Part shown: in pieces, positions 15,312-24,128 of the stretch
Numbering within the stretch: position 1 is the first letter of the stretch
How the letters are laid out: each line of letters begins with the position of its first letter
Origin: Promethearchaeia archaeon
GTDB lineage: Archaea; Asgardarchaeota; Lokiarchaeia; Sigyniarchaeales; SOKP01
Assembly (NCBI GenBank): GCA_046497275.1
Contig: JAWOFX010000002.1
Coordinates: 8,960 to 40,959, forward strand
DNA length: 32,000 nucleotides
Direction of reading: 5' to 3'
Translations under genes and position numbers: made by a program
Notes under the pieces: model-generated
Seen by the model: only the letters and a program-made list of their open reading frames with translations
Databases searched by the model: none
Told to the model about the DNA's origin: nothing

Positions 15312-16631
15312 TTAGGCATCTGGATTTTCCAATACAACTGCGACTCCTTGTCCACCGCCACAGCATGCATTAGCCAATCCATATTTAGCACCTTTATCTC
15401 TAAGTATTCGAGCTACAGTTCCAGGTAATCTTACCATAGTAGATCCTAATGGATGTCCAATTGCAGTAGATCCGCCCATAACATTGACTTTTTCTTCTGG
15501 TATGTTGAATGCTTTCATACAATTTAAGGTAACAATGCAGAAAGCCTCATTTATTTCCCAGAAATCAATATCATCTGCTTCTAAACCAGCGTGTTTTAAC
15601 GCCATTTCAGTTGCAGGAACAGGCCCTCGTCCCATAACGGAAGGATCAACAGCAGCCCATCCTATTGAGACAATCTTTGCTAAAGGCTCAAGACCTCGTT
15701 TCTTTGCTTCCTCAGCTTCCATTAATACTGCCGCAGTCGCACCAGCATTCAATGGAGAGGAATTTCCAGGAGTAATAACTCCGTCCTTAGTCCCTTCTCG
15801 TTCTTTATAGCCACTTCTTCCTCCAATATCCTCACCATAAATATTCTTTTCCAAATAAAATGGTTTAGAGATTCTTGGTAATGATGCTACTTTTTCTAAT
15901 ACAGATTTTCGTGCAGCTTGATCCGTTTTAATTACTTCTGTTTCTTCTACATTTCCTTCAGCGTGAGCTTCTATAGGAATAATTTCTCCACCCCAAACTC
16001 CTGAAGTAAACCATCCTTCTTCTTGAGATTTGATAGTTAAATTATGGCTTCGTACACCAAATTTATCCATATCTTCTTTTGTGAAATGAGGAGTTTCTTG
16101 TTCATATAATTTTTGGGCGGTCTGAAGCATGTTAATAGTGGTCAATAAGTCATATTCTGGTCTATACCATTCACTCTTTTTATTAATCATATTCAGATTT
16201 GGTTTTACCCAGTCATTATTCATTGGAATCCGAGTCATATGTTCTACTCCCGTAGCTAATGTACATTTACTGTAGCCTGTCATAATTTCCATTATTCCAA
16301 CATGCATACCTGAACCAGCAGAACCACATTGTCTGTCGACAAAGAGAGCAGGAGTATCTTCAGGAAACCTCGCTAGGAATATTGGAAGTCTGCCGCCGTA
16401 TGTCCATTGTTCATAGACACCCATAGCTGACCCAACGGTGACCTCATCGATATCTTCTTTTGTAATTCCCTTATCAGCTAACTTTTCATCGAAAAATTTC
16501 ATCAATAATGTAGCAAGCAATTCATCTCCTCGAATCTCACCAAACACATCTCTTTCCGGTTGTTTTGGTCTCGATCGTGAAAATGGTGTTCTCGCGTAAT
16601 CAATTAACCATACTTCTTTTGTTTCTGGCAT
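15312..16631 (-). CDS. Thiolase (acetyl-CoA C-acyltransferase)
   Basis: DRQCGS catalytic Cys, NEAF, GHPLG and CCGGGQG motifs. Confidence 0.93.
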   Translation of the reverse strand: MPETKEVWLIDYARTPFSRSRPKQPERDVFGEIRGDELLATLLMKFFDEKLADKGITKEDIDEVTVGSAMGVYEQWTYGGRLPIFLARFPEDTPALFVDRQCGSAGSGMHVGIMEIMTGYSKCTLATGVEHMTRIPMNNDWVKPNLNMINKKSEWYRPEYDLLTTINMLQTAQKLYEQETPHFTKEDMDKFGVRSHNLTIKSQEEGWFTSGVWGGEIIPIEAHAEGNVEETEVIKTDQAARKSVLEKVASLPRISKPFYLEKNIYGEDIGGRSGYKEREGTKDGVITPGNSSPLNAGATAAVLMEAEEAKKRGLEPLAKIVSIGWAAVDPSVMGRGPVPATEMALKHAGLEADDIDFWEINEAFCIVTLNCMKAFNIPEEKVNVMGGSTAIGHPLGSTMVRLPGTVARILRDKGAKYGLANACCGGGQGVAVVLENPDA

Positions 16632-16911
16632 TTTTAATAATTCAACTCTTTATTTAGTTTAGATTGAGTAATTTCTTATAAATTGTAATTTAGAAAATTT
16701 AAAAACAATATTAAACTTTTTGAAAATGAATACTAGATTGATCGATTTGAGAACAAGATTAATGATTATTCAAAAAAAAAGTACCAAAATCAAAAATTTA
16801 TGTTAAATTTGATCACTTCATTTAGATTAATATCAAGATAAACTCAACAAAGAATATATTTTATGAGAAACAAAAAGAATCCTTAATAAAAGTGTTATAT
16901 TTAAAACTATT

Positions 16912-17337
16912 ATGAGTAAACAAAGTAAAAGAACTAATCCAAAAATAAAAGTCGCTGTAATTGCGGGAAGTACTTCTGATGAAGAAGTCTATAATAAAGC
17001 ATTAAAAGTATTAGATGAGAAAAAAGTACCATACGAGCTTAAAATTCTTTCTGCACATAGAAATCCAGACGAGCTCGATGCTTATGTGAACTCATGTTCT
17101 GCATTGATATATATAGCAGTTGCGGGATTATCGGCTGCCTTACCCGGAGTAATTGCATCAAAGACTAATAAACCCGTTATCGGTGTACCTGTAAATGCTA
17201 AATTAGGCGGCTTAGATGCATTATTATCAATAGCTCAGATGCCCCCAGGCGTTCCAGTTGCATGTGTGGGAATTGATAGAGGAGATAATGCTGCTCATTT
17301 AGCAATAAGAATTTTAGATTTATTAGAAAGCAAATAA
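16912..17337 (+). CDS. purE: N5-CAIR mutase / AIR carboxylase PurE
   Basis: [35 protein letters not shown]. Confidence 0.95.
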   Translation: MSKQSKRTNPKIKVAVIAGSTSDEEVYNKALKVLDEKKVPYELKILSAHRNPDELDAYVNSCSALIYIAVAGLSAALPGVIASKTNKPVIGVPVNAKLGGLDALLSIAQMPPGVPVACVGIDRGDNAAHLAIRILDLLESK

Positions 17338-17365
17338 CTTTGTAAAAATAATTCAATGAGTTAAA

Positions 17366-18076
17366 ATGGCAAAAAATAATTTGATTGAGCAAGGAAAAAG
17401 AAACGCAGCAGAGAGGGCGGTTGAAGAAAATATAAAGGAGGGGATGATTATAGGTATAGGGAGTGGTTCTACGGTTGTTTATGCTGTACAAAAAATGGGG
17501 GAATTAAATCAAAATAATAATTTGAATCTAAAATGCATACCATCCTCTTTTCAATCCTATCAATTAATTGTAGAAAACGGATTAGAATTAGTATCATTAG
17601 ACCAATATTCAGAAATTGATCTGGATATCGATGGCGCCGATGAGATAGACAAGGATCTAAATCTTATCAAAGGAGGCGGAGGGTGCCATGTTCAGGAAAA
17701 GATTCTTGCGTCCAATTCTAAAAAATTGATTATTATAGCAGATTTTAGAAAGAATTCGAATTTTCTTGGCGAAAAATGGAAAAAAGGAATTCCAATTGAA
17801 GTTATTCCAATGGCTTATGTTCCGATAATGAATAAGATCAAAAAGATGGGGGGAAAACCAAAACTTAGAATGGCGCAATCCAAGGCTGGCCCATTAATAT
17901 CGGATAATGGAAATTTTATTATAGATGCTGATTTTGGAATAATTAAAAATCCCTCAGAATTAAATCAAAAATTAAAAGGTATATCTGGTGTGGTTGAAAC
18001 TGGACTATTTATCAATATGGCTTCAAAAGCATATATTGGGCAAAAAGATGGAAAAGTTTCAATTAAGAATAAGTAA
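17366..18076 (+). CDS. rpiA: Ribose-5-phosphate isomerase A
   Basis: GIGSGST, DLDIDGADE, IKGGGG, QEKI, GVVETGLF. Confidence 0.96.
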   Translation: MAKNNLIEQGKRNAAERAVEENIKEGMIIGIGSGSTVVYAVQKMGELNQNNNLNLKCIPSSFQSYQLIVENGLELVSLDQYSEIDLDIDGADEIDKDLNLIKGGGGCHVQEKILASNSKKLIIIADFRKNSNFLGEKWKKGIPIEVIPMAYVPIMNKIKKMGGKPKLRMAQSKAGPLISDNGNFIIDADFGIIKNPSELNQKLKGISGVVETGLFINMASKAYIGQKDGKVSIKNK

Positions 18077-18107
18077 TGGGATTAGAGTTAAAAAATAAAG
18101 TTAATAT

Positions 18108-19148
18108 TTACACATTAGTTTCAATTTCCTGAATCTTTTTATGAAATATGCCAATTTCTAGGTTAATTCTTTTTCTAATGACTTTAAAATAGATAATTAG
18201 CGCTCCTATTATTAATTGAGTTATAGCTAATATATTAAAATAAAGCATATCTAATCCTATAGTACTTGACACGATTACTATATCTCCCGTTTTCGACCCG
18301 AAAATAAACCAATGAGGTAATCCAAAAGTATTATTGATCGAGTATAATGGAAAATCTAACCATGCTATAATCATTAGGAAAATTAAGAATCTATTAACCC
18401 AAAAATTAAATTTTTTGAAATATAGAATAAATCCTACTAGAAAGATAAAGACCCATTGAAAAATCTCTCCCCCCATCATTACAAGTATATAAAATTCATC
18501 TGGAACATTTTGAAAATTGACATAACCTGCAAAATTCTTCCAATCTAAAAATGGAAAGGGTGCATAACCAGTTATTTCTCCACCAGAAATTAATACGAAG
18601 AAAGCATGTCCATTTTCATGTATGAAGGAGCTTAAAAGAAGAGCTACAATTAAAAGACTGGTATATTGAAAATATCGCTTAAGATATCTTTCTCTGTTAA
18701 GAGTATGAAAGGTTAAACCTATAAAAACCAAAGTCGAGATAATGTATAGATATCCTCCGATTTCTAAATATTCCAAATTTGTAGGTGTTGATCCCTGAGG
18801 AAATAAAATTAAAAATTGAGGATTAATAAAGAGGAGGATTATTGAAAAGAAGGCTATTAAAGATTGTATTGAATAAATCAGAACTCTTAATTTTATTATT
18901 TTTACAAATAGATTTGTTATAATATTAATTACTGAGAGGAAAATCAGTAAATAAAAAGGTATCACTTGCGAATTCTCATAGAAAACATAAATAATTACTG
19001 GTAAGGACCCCCAAGTATTATGTTTTATATACATAAAATTAAAATTTAAAATTAGGAAAATTATTCCTAGAATAAGAATTAAAAAATTTCCTATATTACT
19101 TATTTTACTTCTTTGGAACACTGCTATAAAATCTTTATTCATTTTCAC
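18108..19148 (-). CDS. Polytopic membrane protein with C-terminal M50-like (HExxH) Zn-metalloprotease domain
   Basis: About 8-9 hydrophobic segments. FIHENGHAFFVLISGG (H177, nt 18606-18620) follows a TM helix, then MMGG, with a later TGD as candidate third-ligand Asp. Confidence 0.65.
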   Translation of the reverse strand: MKMNKDFIAVFQRSKISNIGNFLILILGIIFLILNFNFMYIKHNTWGSLPVIIYVFYENSQVIPFYLLIFLSVINIITNLFVKIIKLRVLIYSIQSLIAFFSIILLFINPQFLILFPQGSTPTNLEYLEIGGYLYIISTLVFIGLTFHTLNRERYLKRYFQYTSLLIVALLLSSFIHENGHAFFVLISGGEITGYAPFPFLDWKNFAGYVNFQNVPDEFYILVMMGGEIFQWVFIFLVGFILYFKKFNFWVNRFLIFLMIIAWLDFPLYSINNTFGLPHWFIFGSKTGDIVIVSSTIGLDMLYFNILAITQLIIGALIIYFKVIRKRINLEIGIFHKKIQEIETNV

Positions 19149-19375
19149 TGATTAATTAAATTAATATTTAATTTCTAAATAAGGGAAGATTTTTTTAAAG
19201 ATTATTCAAGATAGTTATGTACTTGAATACCCGTTTATGTGCTTCTATTACATATTTGTTGTATATTGAATTTAATATCATAATATTTTTGATATTATTA
19301 GTAATCAATAGAATAGTTTGGGTAAATTTAAAATATCAAATTTTTATATGAAAATAGAGATATTATTTATTTGTA

Positions 19376-19843
19376 ATGAAAAATTCTATTGATGATTTTA
19401 TAAAAAAATACGAACTAGATAATTTTAAGAAACCTTTAGAATTGACACCACAAAATAAAATAGAATTTTTTAATGATTTAACAGAAATCTTAAGAATTAT
19501 TTGTAGAATATTTGATAAAACTGCAAATATTCCATCTATTCGTGGTTTACTATTATTGATGGGATTAGCGAAAATCGGAGAATCTGAAGAGGTCATAAAT
19601 AAATCTGATATAATGGATGAATTGAATATTGATAGATTAGAGAAATTATCGCATGCCTTTGAATATCTCGAACAAAATAACTATATAAAAATCATCGAGA
19701 AAACACCGCGATTTCATGTTGTAAAATTAAATAAAGAAGAAAATCCCGATTTAAAGATTTTTGAAGAACTTATAAAAAAATACTGGAAAAGTCCAAAAGA
19801 ACAAAAAAAAAAAATTCAGAAATGGGTTGAGGAAAATGACTAA
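19376..19843 (+). CDS. Winged helix-turn-helix protein (putative transcriptional regulator)
   Basis: LLLLMGL...INKSDIMDELNI...KLSHAFEYLEQNNYIKI...VVKL is a MarR-like wHTH pattern. Confidence 0.6.
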   Translation: MKNSIDDFIKKYELDNFKKPLELTPQNKIEFFNDLTEILRIICRIFDKTANIPSIRGLLLLMGLAKIGESEEVINKSDIMDELNIDRLEKLSHAFEYLEQNNYIKIIEKTPRFHVVKLNKEENPDLKIFEELIKKYWKSPKEQKKKIQKWVEEND

Positions 19844-20702
19844 AAATGAAAATTCATTTAGTTCAGGATTTGATCTGAATGATGGAGGTGAGACTAATAT
19901 ATTTTCCAAACTAAAAACAGAATTAAAATTGCGCCTTTTAAAATATATTATTCCATCTACTATTTTACTCGTATTTATAATTATAATCATCATTGGCTTA
20001 GAAGCCACTTCAACAAATGAAATACAATCAAATAATTATAATCTATTCAAAATAGGGAATTATTTCAGTTTCTATTGGATATTTTTCGGTTTTAGTGCAT
20101 TTTTTATAATAAAAATCTTAAGTATTCTTAAGAATAGAAATACTCCTATTATCAATGAATATATTAAGAGAGAAATAAACAATTTAAATTTAGAGTTAAA
20201 GACTTTTTATTCTTATGATATAATTTGTTTAATATTCCTCATATTTTCAAGTTTTTTTTATCTTTTTAACGATTTAAGAATCTTTACCATTAATGAAAAA
20301 ACTTTATTTTTAGGAAAGATTCTGCTCAGTCTTGTTCTTTTTAGCCTCTTGAATTTTATTCTGTGGGTAAATAACAAGAGAATCGATTTGAAGAATAACT
20401 ATTATATCTACTTCAGAATTAAATTTCCAATTTTTAAAAAAAAAGAAATAGAGATGGTAAAAATATTCATGAAATCAAAAAGAGTTTTCCTCTTGTTTAA
20501 CCGGGAGAAAAAGGATTTGTTTTCAAGAATTTCTAAGAAAAGATGGTTGCAGGTAGATAAGACATTAATCTTTAAAAGATTGAACCTAGGAATTTTTACA
20601 AATTTTTGCGAATTCTCTACCTTTCAAAATTTCCCAAATAAATTTCTCAATATAGCCTTAGCAACTAGAGATTGGGATATTAATAAAACCAAACTTAATT
20701 GA
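19836..20702 (+). CDS. Hypothetical membrane protein (~4 TM, basic C-terminal domain)
   Basis: Four hydrophobic stretches. ATG at 19836 overlaps the upstream ORF end by 8 nt and is preferred over the track's TTG at 19827. Confidence 0.65.
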   Translation: MTKNENSFSSGFDLNDGGETNIFSKLKTELKLRLLKYIIPSTILLVFIIIIIIGLEATSTNEIQSNNYNLFKIGNYFSFYWIFFGFSAFFIIKILSILKNRNTPIINEYIKREINNLNLELKTFYSYDIICLIFLIFSSFFYLFNDLRIFTINEKTLFLGKILLSLVLFSLLNFILWVNNKRIDLKNNYYIYFRIKFPIFKKKEIEMVKIFMKSKRVFLLFNREKKDLFSRISKKRWLQVDKTLIFKRLNLGIFTNFCEFSTFQNFPNKFLNIALATRDWDINKTKLN

Positions 20703-20783
20703 ATTTAAGTTAAATTAAAGAAATTAATTACTCCTTATACCTTATATTTTATATAATAATTAATACTCAAACGAGGTTAAATA

Positions 20784-21251
20784 ATGACTGATGAGTTTCA
20801 ATTAAAACTAATTAGTGGAGAAATTACAGAAGATAATCGAAAAAGAATTCATACTGTTAAAAATCCTTTAAATAACTCTTTTCCTGAATTTAAATTACAA
20901 TTACCTGTAGCTTATGAAGGGCCTGAAGGAGAGAAAGGGGAAATAGTCTATACTCCCGAACATTTCTTTATTGCAGCAATTTCTGGATGCTTTTTAACAA
21001 CTTTTTCGGTTGTCTCATCTAATTCCAATTTTAAGTATAACTCTCTAATAATTGAAGCAAAAGGAATTGTTGGAACTAGTACTGGTGAGAAAATAATGGA
21101 GAAAATTGAGCAAGATATCACTCTAAGAATTCCTTCATCAGAAAGAGAGCATAAAGCAGAGCGAGTTTTGGAGATAACTGAAGATAGATGCCCTCTTGCT
21201 AAATCAATCAAAACAAAAATCAATAATACATATAAAATAATCTTCGAATGA
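20784..21251 (+). CDS. OsmC/Ohr-family protein
   Basis: PEHFFIAAISGCFLTTF and DRCPLAKS conserved cysteines. Confidence 0.85.
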   Translation: MTDEFQLKLISGEITEDNRKRIHTVKNPLNNSFPEFKLQLPVAYEGPEGEKGEIVYTPEHFFIAAISGCFLTTFSVVSSNSNFKYNSLIIEAKGIVGTSTGEKIMEKIEQDITLRIPSSEREHKAERVLEITEDRCPLAKSIKTKINNTYKIIFE

Positions 21252-21282
21252 TTTTTTCTTATTTTCTTTACAATTCTTAAGT

Positions 21283-22212
21283 TTATCCTATTCCTAATAA
21301 TACTACAATCAACCACATCAAGCCAAAACTGATAAAATTGGTTAAATTCACTAATGTAGAAGTTAATTTCTCATCATAACCCAACTCAACAGAAAAGGGA
21401 ATAGCGCTCATTCCTATTGGTAATATAAGTCCTACCAATATAAGAGCATTAAATTCTAATCCAAATGGTAAAATAAAAAGTAAAATGAAACCTATTAATA
21501 ATCCAAAACCATATCTTGTCAAAAGAACTCTAATCACATATTTCCAATCAGATTTTTCGAACTGAAAATCAATAAAAATACCTAAAACTAACAATGTGAG
21601 TGCCATATTCGCCCTTGAGAGGATATCCAAAAGATCTGTTAAAAATAATGGAAGAATTAAGCCGGATAAATTTATAATTAACGCGAGAAATAAAGCTATT
21701 AATGGAACAGAACTCAATACTCTTTTAATTATTGCTTTCCAATTGAATTTCTCTTCATGAGGTTTAATTTTTGGAGAATAGAGAGATCCAAGTGTATATC
21801 CCAATATAAATACTGAAAAGGAGTTTCCTAAATCAAACATGATTATATATTCCATACCAACTTCTCCCCAGATCCCTCGAATCAAGGGATAAGCAAATAG
21901 ACCTATGTTAAATCCTACTGAAACCATCATTAATAATCCTTTATATCTTACTGGATAATTTCGATACATCATATATGTAAAACCGGACACAAGTAAACTA
22001 TAACCAAATGCTAAAAAGGGGAGTAAAATTAATGTGGGATAAATTTCAATGTTGCTGAACACTTCTAATATTAATGCAGGTAAAGTTATATTCAATACCA
22101 ATTTTGAGATAATTTTGCCATCATCCTCAGTAAGAAATCCTAATTTCTTGATAAGAAATCCGATAAAAATTATGGTTAATGATAACAGAAATAAATAATT
22201 AGGATTCGACAT
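21283..22212 (-). CDS. AEC (auxin efflux carrier)-family transporter
   Basis: About 10 TM segments with NITLPALI, FNIGLFAYPL, SVPLIA and LPIG motifs. Confidence 0.85.
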   Translation of the reverse strand: MSNPNYLFLLSLTIIFIGFLIKKLGFLTEDDGKIISKLVLNITLPALILEVFSNIEIYPTLILLPFLAFGYSLLVSGFTYMMYRNYPVRYKGLLMMVSVGFNIGLFAYPLIRGIWGEVGMEYIIMFDLGNSFSVFILGYTLGSLYSPKIKPHEEKFNWKAIIKRVLSSVPLIALFLALIINLSGLILPLFLTDLLDILSRANMALTLLVLGIFIDFQFEKSDWKYVIRVLLTRYGFGLLIGFILLFILPFGLEFNALILVGLILPIGMSAIPFSVELGYDEKLTSTLVNLTNFISFGLMWLIVVLLGIG

Positions 22213-22339
22213 TCACAGAAACCAAACTAAATTTTTAAATGTATCTTCTATAAATTCATGAATATAGAAAAAAATATCTAGAATTAGTTAAAAATGCTAA
22301 ATACCTAATTTTTAATTCATAAAATAAAAAAAAAGTAAA

Positions 22340-22519
22340 TTATTGTTGATATTTTTTAGATAAAAGTAGTGCTCCAATCCCGATTAGAGTGATTAGGAAA
22401 AATAGACTGTATCCGGGAATTTGATTGTCTAGTTCGCCTCCATCAGGACTTTCTGAAATGGATAATCTTCTAAAGAAAATATCATCGCCCATTCCCGAAG
22501 CTAGTTTAATTTTAGTTCT
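22340..22519 (-). pseudogene. C-terminal remnant of a Loki-CTERM-type anchored surface protein
   Basis: Not in the ORF track. The frame is open from 22519 to a stop at 22340-22342: RTKIKLASGMGDDIFFRRLSISESPDGGELDNQIPGYSLFFLITLIGIGALLLSKKYQQ*. This is IPGY + TM helix + KK + stop. An in-frame TAA lies immediately upstream. An ATG at 22492 would give only 50 aa. Confidence 0.65.
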
Positions 22520-22616
22520 TTAATCTAATGAACTTTTTAGATGAATTTAGTTCTTAGAGATTGATTTTTCAATGATATAATAAGAAAAAAAAGTTTTAGT
22601 AATTTTATTGATCATT

Positions 22617-23930
22617 TTATCCTTTTAATCTTAATTCTACTTCACTCAAATCCGTACCTTTAGTTTCTTTGATAAATTTGGGAATCAGATAAATGTGTGA
22701 TAGGACAGGCAAGCTTAATATTATAAAGGAGATCCCTAAATTAGAAATTGTCAGTGTAAAAATGGATCCGAGCACAAAACCAATAGTAATTCCTAAAGAA
22801 GTTGCCAATGATCTTATACCTAATCCTGTTCCTCGTTTATCTGTGGGTACTAATTCTTGTATGACGATTCGAATTACAATAAGTAACCCATTAAACCCAA
22901 CATAACCTAAAGATAGTCCTAATGCGCATACTGCTAAAACTCCTACTGTTAAAACAGACCCTAAGTAAAGTAGTATAGTACCTATAGGAAGAATTATTGA
23001 ACAAAAATACAAGAGCGGAATTCTTCCAATTCTGTCCGCTAAAAAGCCTATTGATAGATAACCGATAATGACTGCCAAAGCAACGATAGTTATAATTAAA
23101 CTTGCATCATTTTCGGTTAGAATCGTGTTAGTATCAAGGAAACTTTCTGCCATTTGCATGAAATTAAAATTCATCCCAGCAAAGAATCCCATTATCAAGA
23201 GTGCCCAAATTTCATTCTTTCTGTTAGATTGAAGTAGATTTTTTACATTATCTTTTAGGATAATATTACTTACTTCAAATTGTTTTGTTATTTTGCCCTC
23301 TTCATAAATTTTAGTCTCTTTAATTGTAAATAGGATAATGAAACTTAAAGGAATTCCAAGAAAAATAGGAAGTAGGGTCATCCCTCGCCAAGCCCATACA
23401 GGAGTAGTTTCGGTTATAAATAGAGATCTAAATATCGGCATCATAATTGGACCCAAAATTCCACATGCCAATAAAATATTAATATAGCTCGCCTTTTTTT
23501 CCGGAGGTGATTCTTCTCCCGCATAAATTAACCACATATCACTATTGAAAAACAAATATGTTAAAAGGAGGAAAACCGTATAGAGATAAATGTTTATTGA
23601 TAATGCTAAGAGTAACGCCGATAATCCCATACCTAAAGTGGTGATAAAGAGCATTGTTTTTCTTCCAAATTTATCGGAAAAATATTGGTTGAAAAACACA
23701 AAATATATCCCTAATGTTGCTATTGCAATAACAATTTGCATTATTGCTTGGCTGGTGGTGGCGTCTAATCCAAAAGGAGTAATAAGAAATTCTTTGATTA
23801 TTTTTGATGGAAAAGCTGCAGTGTAGCTTGTTGAATACGCATCCATTATTTGAACGAGGGCTAAAATAATCATCATATAGATGAAATATTTTTTTGATCT
23901 GTGACCGATAGAGTTTTCTTTTTCAGTCAT
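22617..23930 (-). CDS. MFS transporter
   Basis: About 12 TM segments with motif A twice (FSDKFGRK, LADRIGR) and ELVPTDKRGTG. Confidence 0.9.
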   Translation of the reverse strand: MTEKENSIGHRSKKYFIYMMIILALVQIMDAYSTSYTAAFPSKIIKEFLITPFGLDATTSQAIMQIVIAIATLGIYFVFFNQYFSDKFGRKTMLFITTLGMGLSALLLALSINIYLYTVFLLLTYLFFNSDMWLIYAGEESPPEKKASYINILLACGILGPIMMPIFRSLFITETTPVWAWRGMTLLPIFLGIPLSFIILFTIKETKIYEEGKITKQFEVSNIILKDNVKNLLQSNRKNEIWALLIMGFFAGMNFNFMQMAESFLDTNTILTENDASLIITIVALAVIIGYLSIGFLADRIGRIPLLYFCSIILPIGTILLYLGSVLTVGVLAVCALGLSLGYVGFNGLLIVIRIVIQELVPTDKRGTGLGIRSLATSLGITIGFVLGSIFTLTISNLGISFIILSLPVLSHIYLIPKFIKETKGTDLSEVELRLKG

Positions 23931-24029
23931 AGTGAAAAAAAAATTACTTGAGACTTAAAAATTTTACTTAATATTCATTACCAACCGAAATGATGATATT
24001 ACATGATGTTCATTAATAAAATTTGAGAT

Positions 24030-24050
24030 TAAATATGGATAAATATGGAT
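24030..24050. repeat. 10-bp tandem direct repeat (AAATATGGAT x2) in the divergent MFS/GH3 intergenic region
   Basis: taaatatgga-taaatatgga-t is seen directly. Any regulatory role is unproven. Confidence 0.5.
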
Positions 24051-24128
24051 TAAAAAGGAATATAGTATTTCATCTTTTGTTTGAATTTTTAAAATTTATA
24101 TTGAAGATATAATTTTTGGTAATTTATT

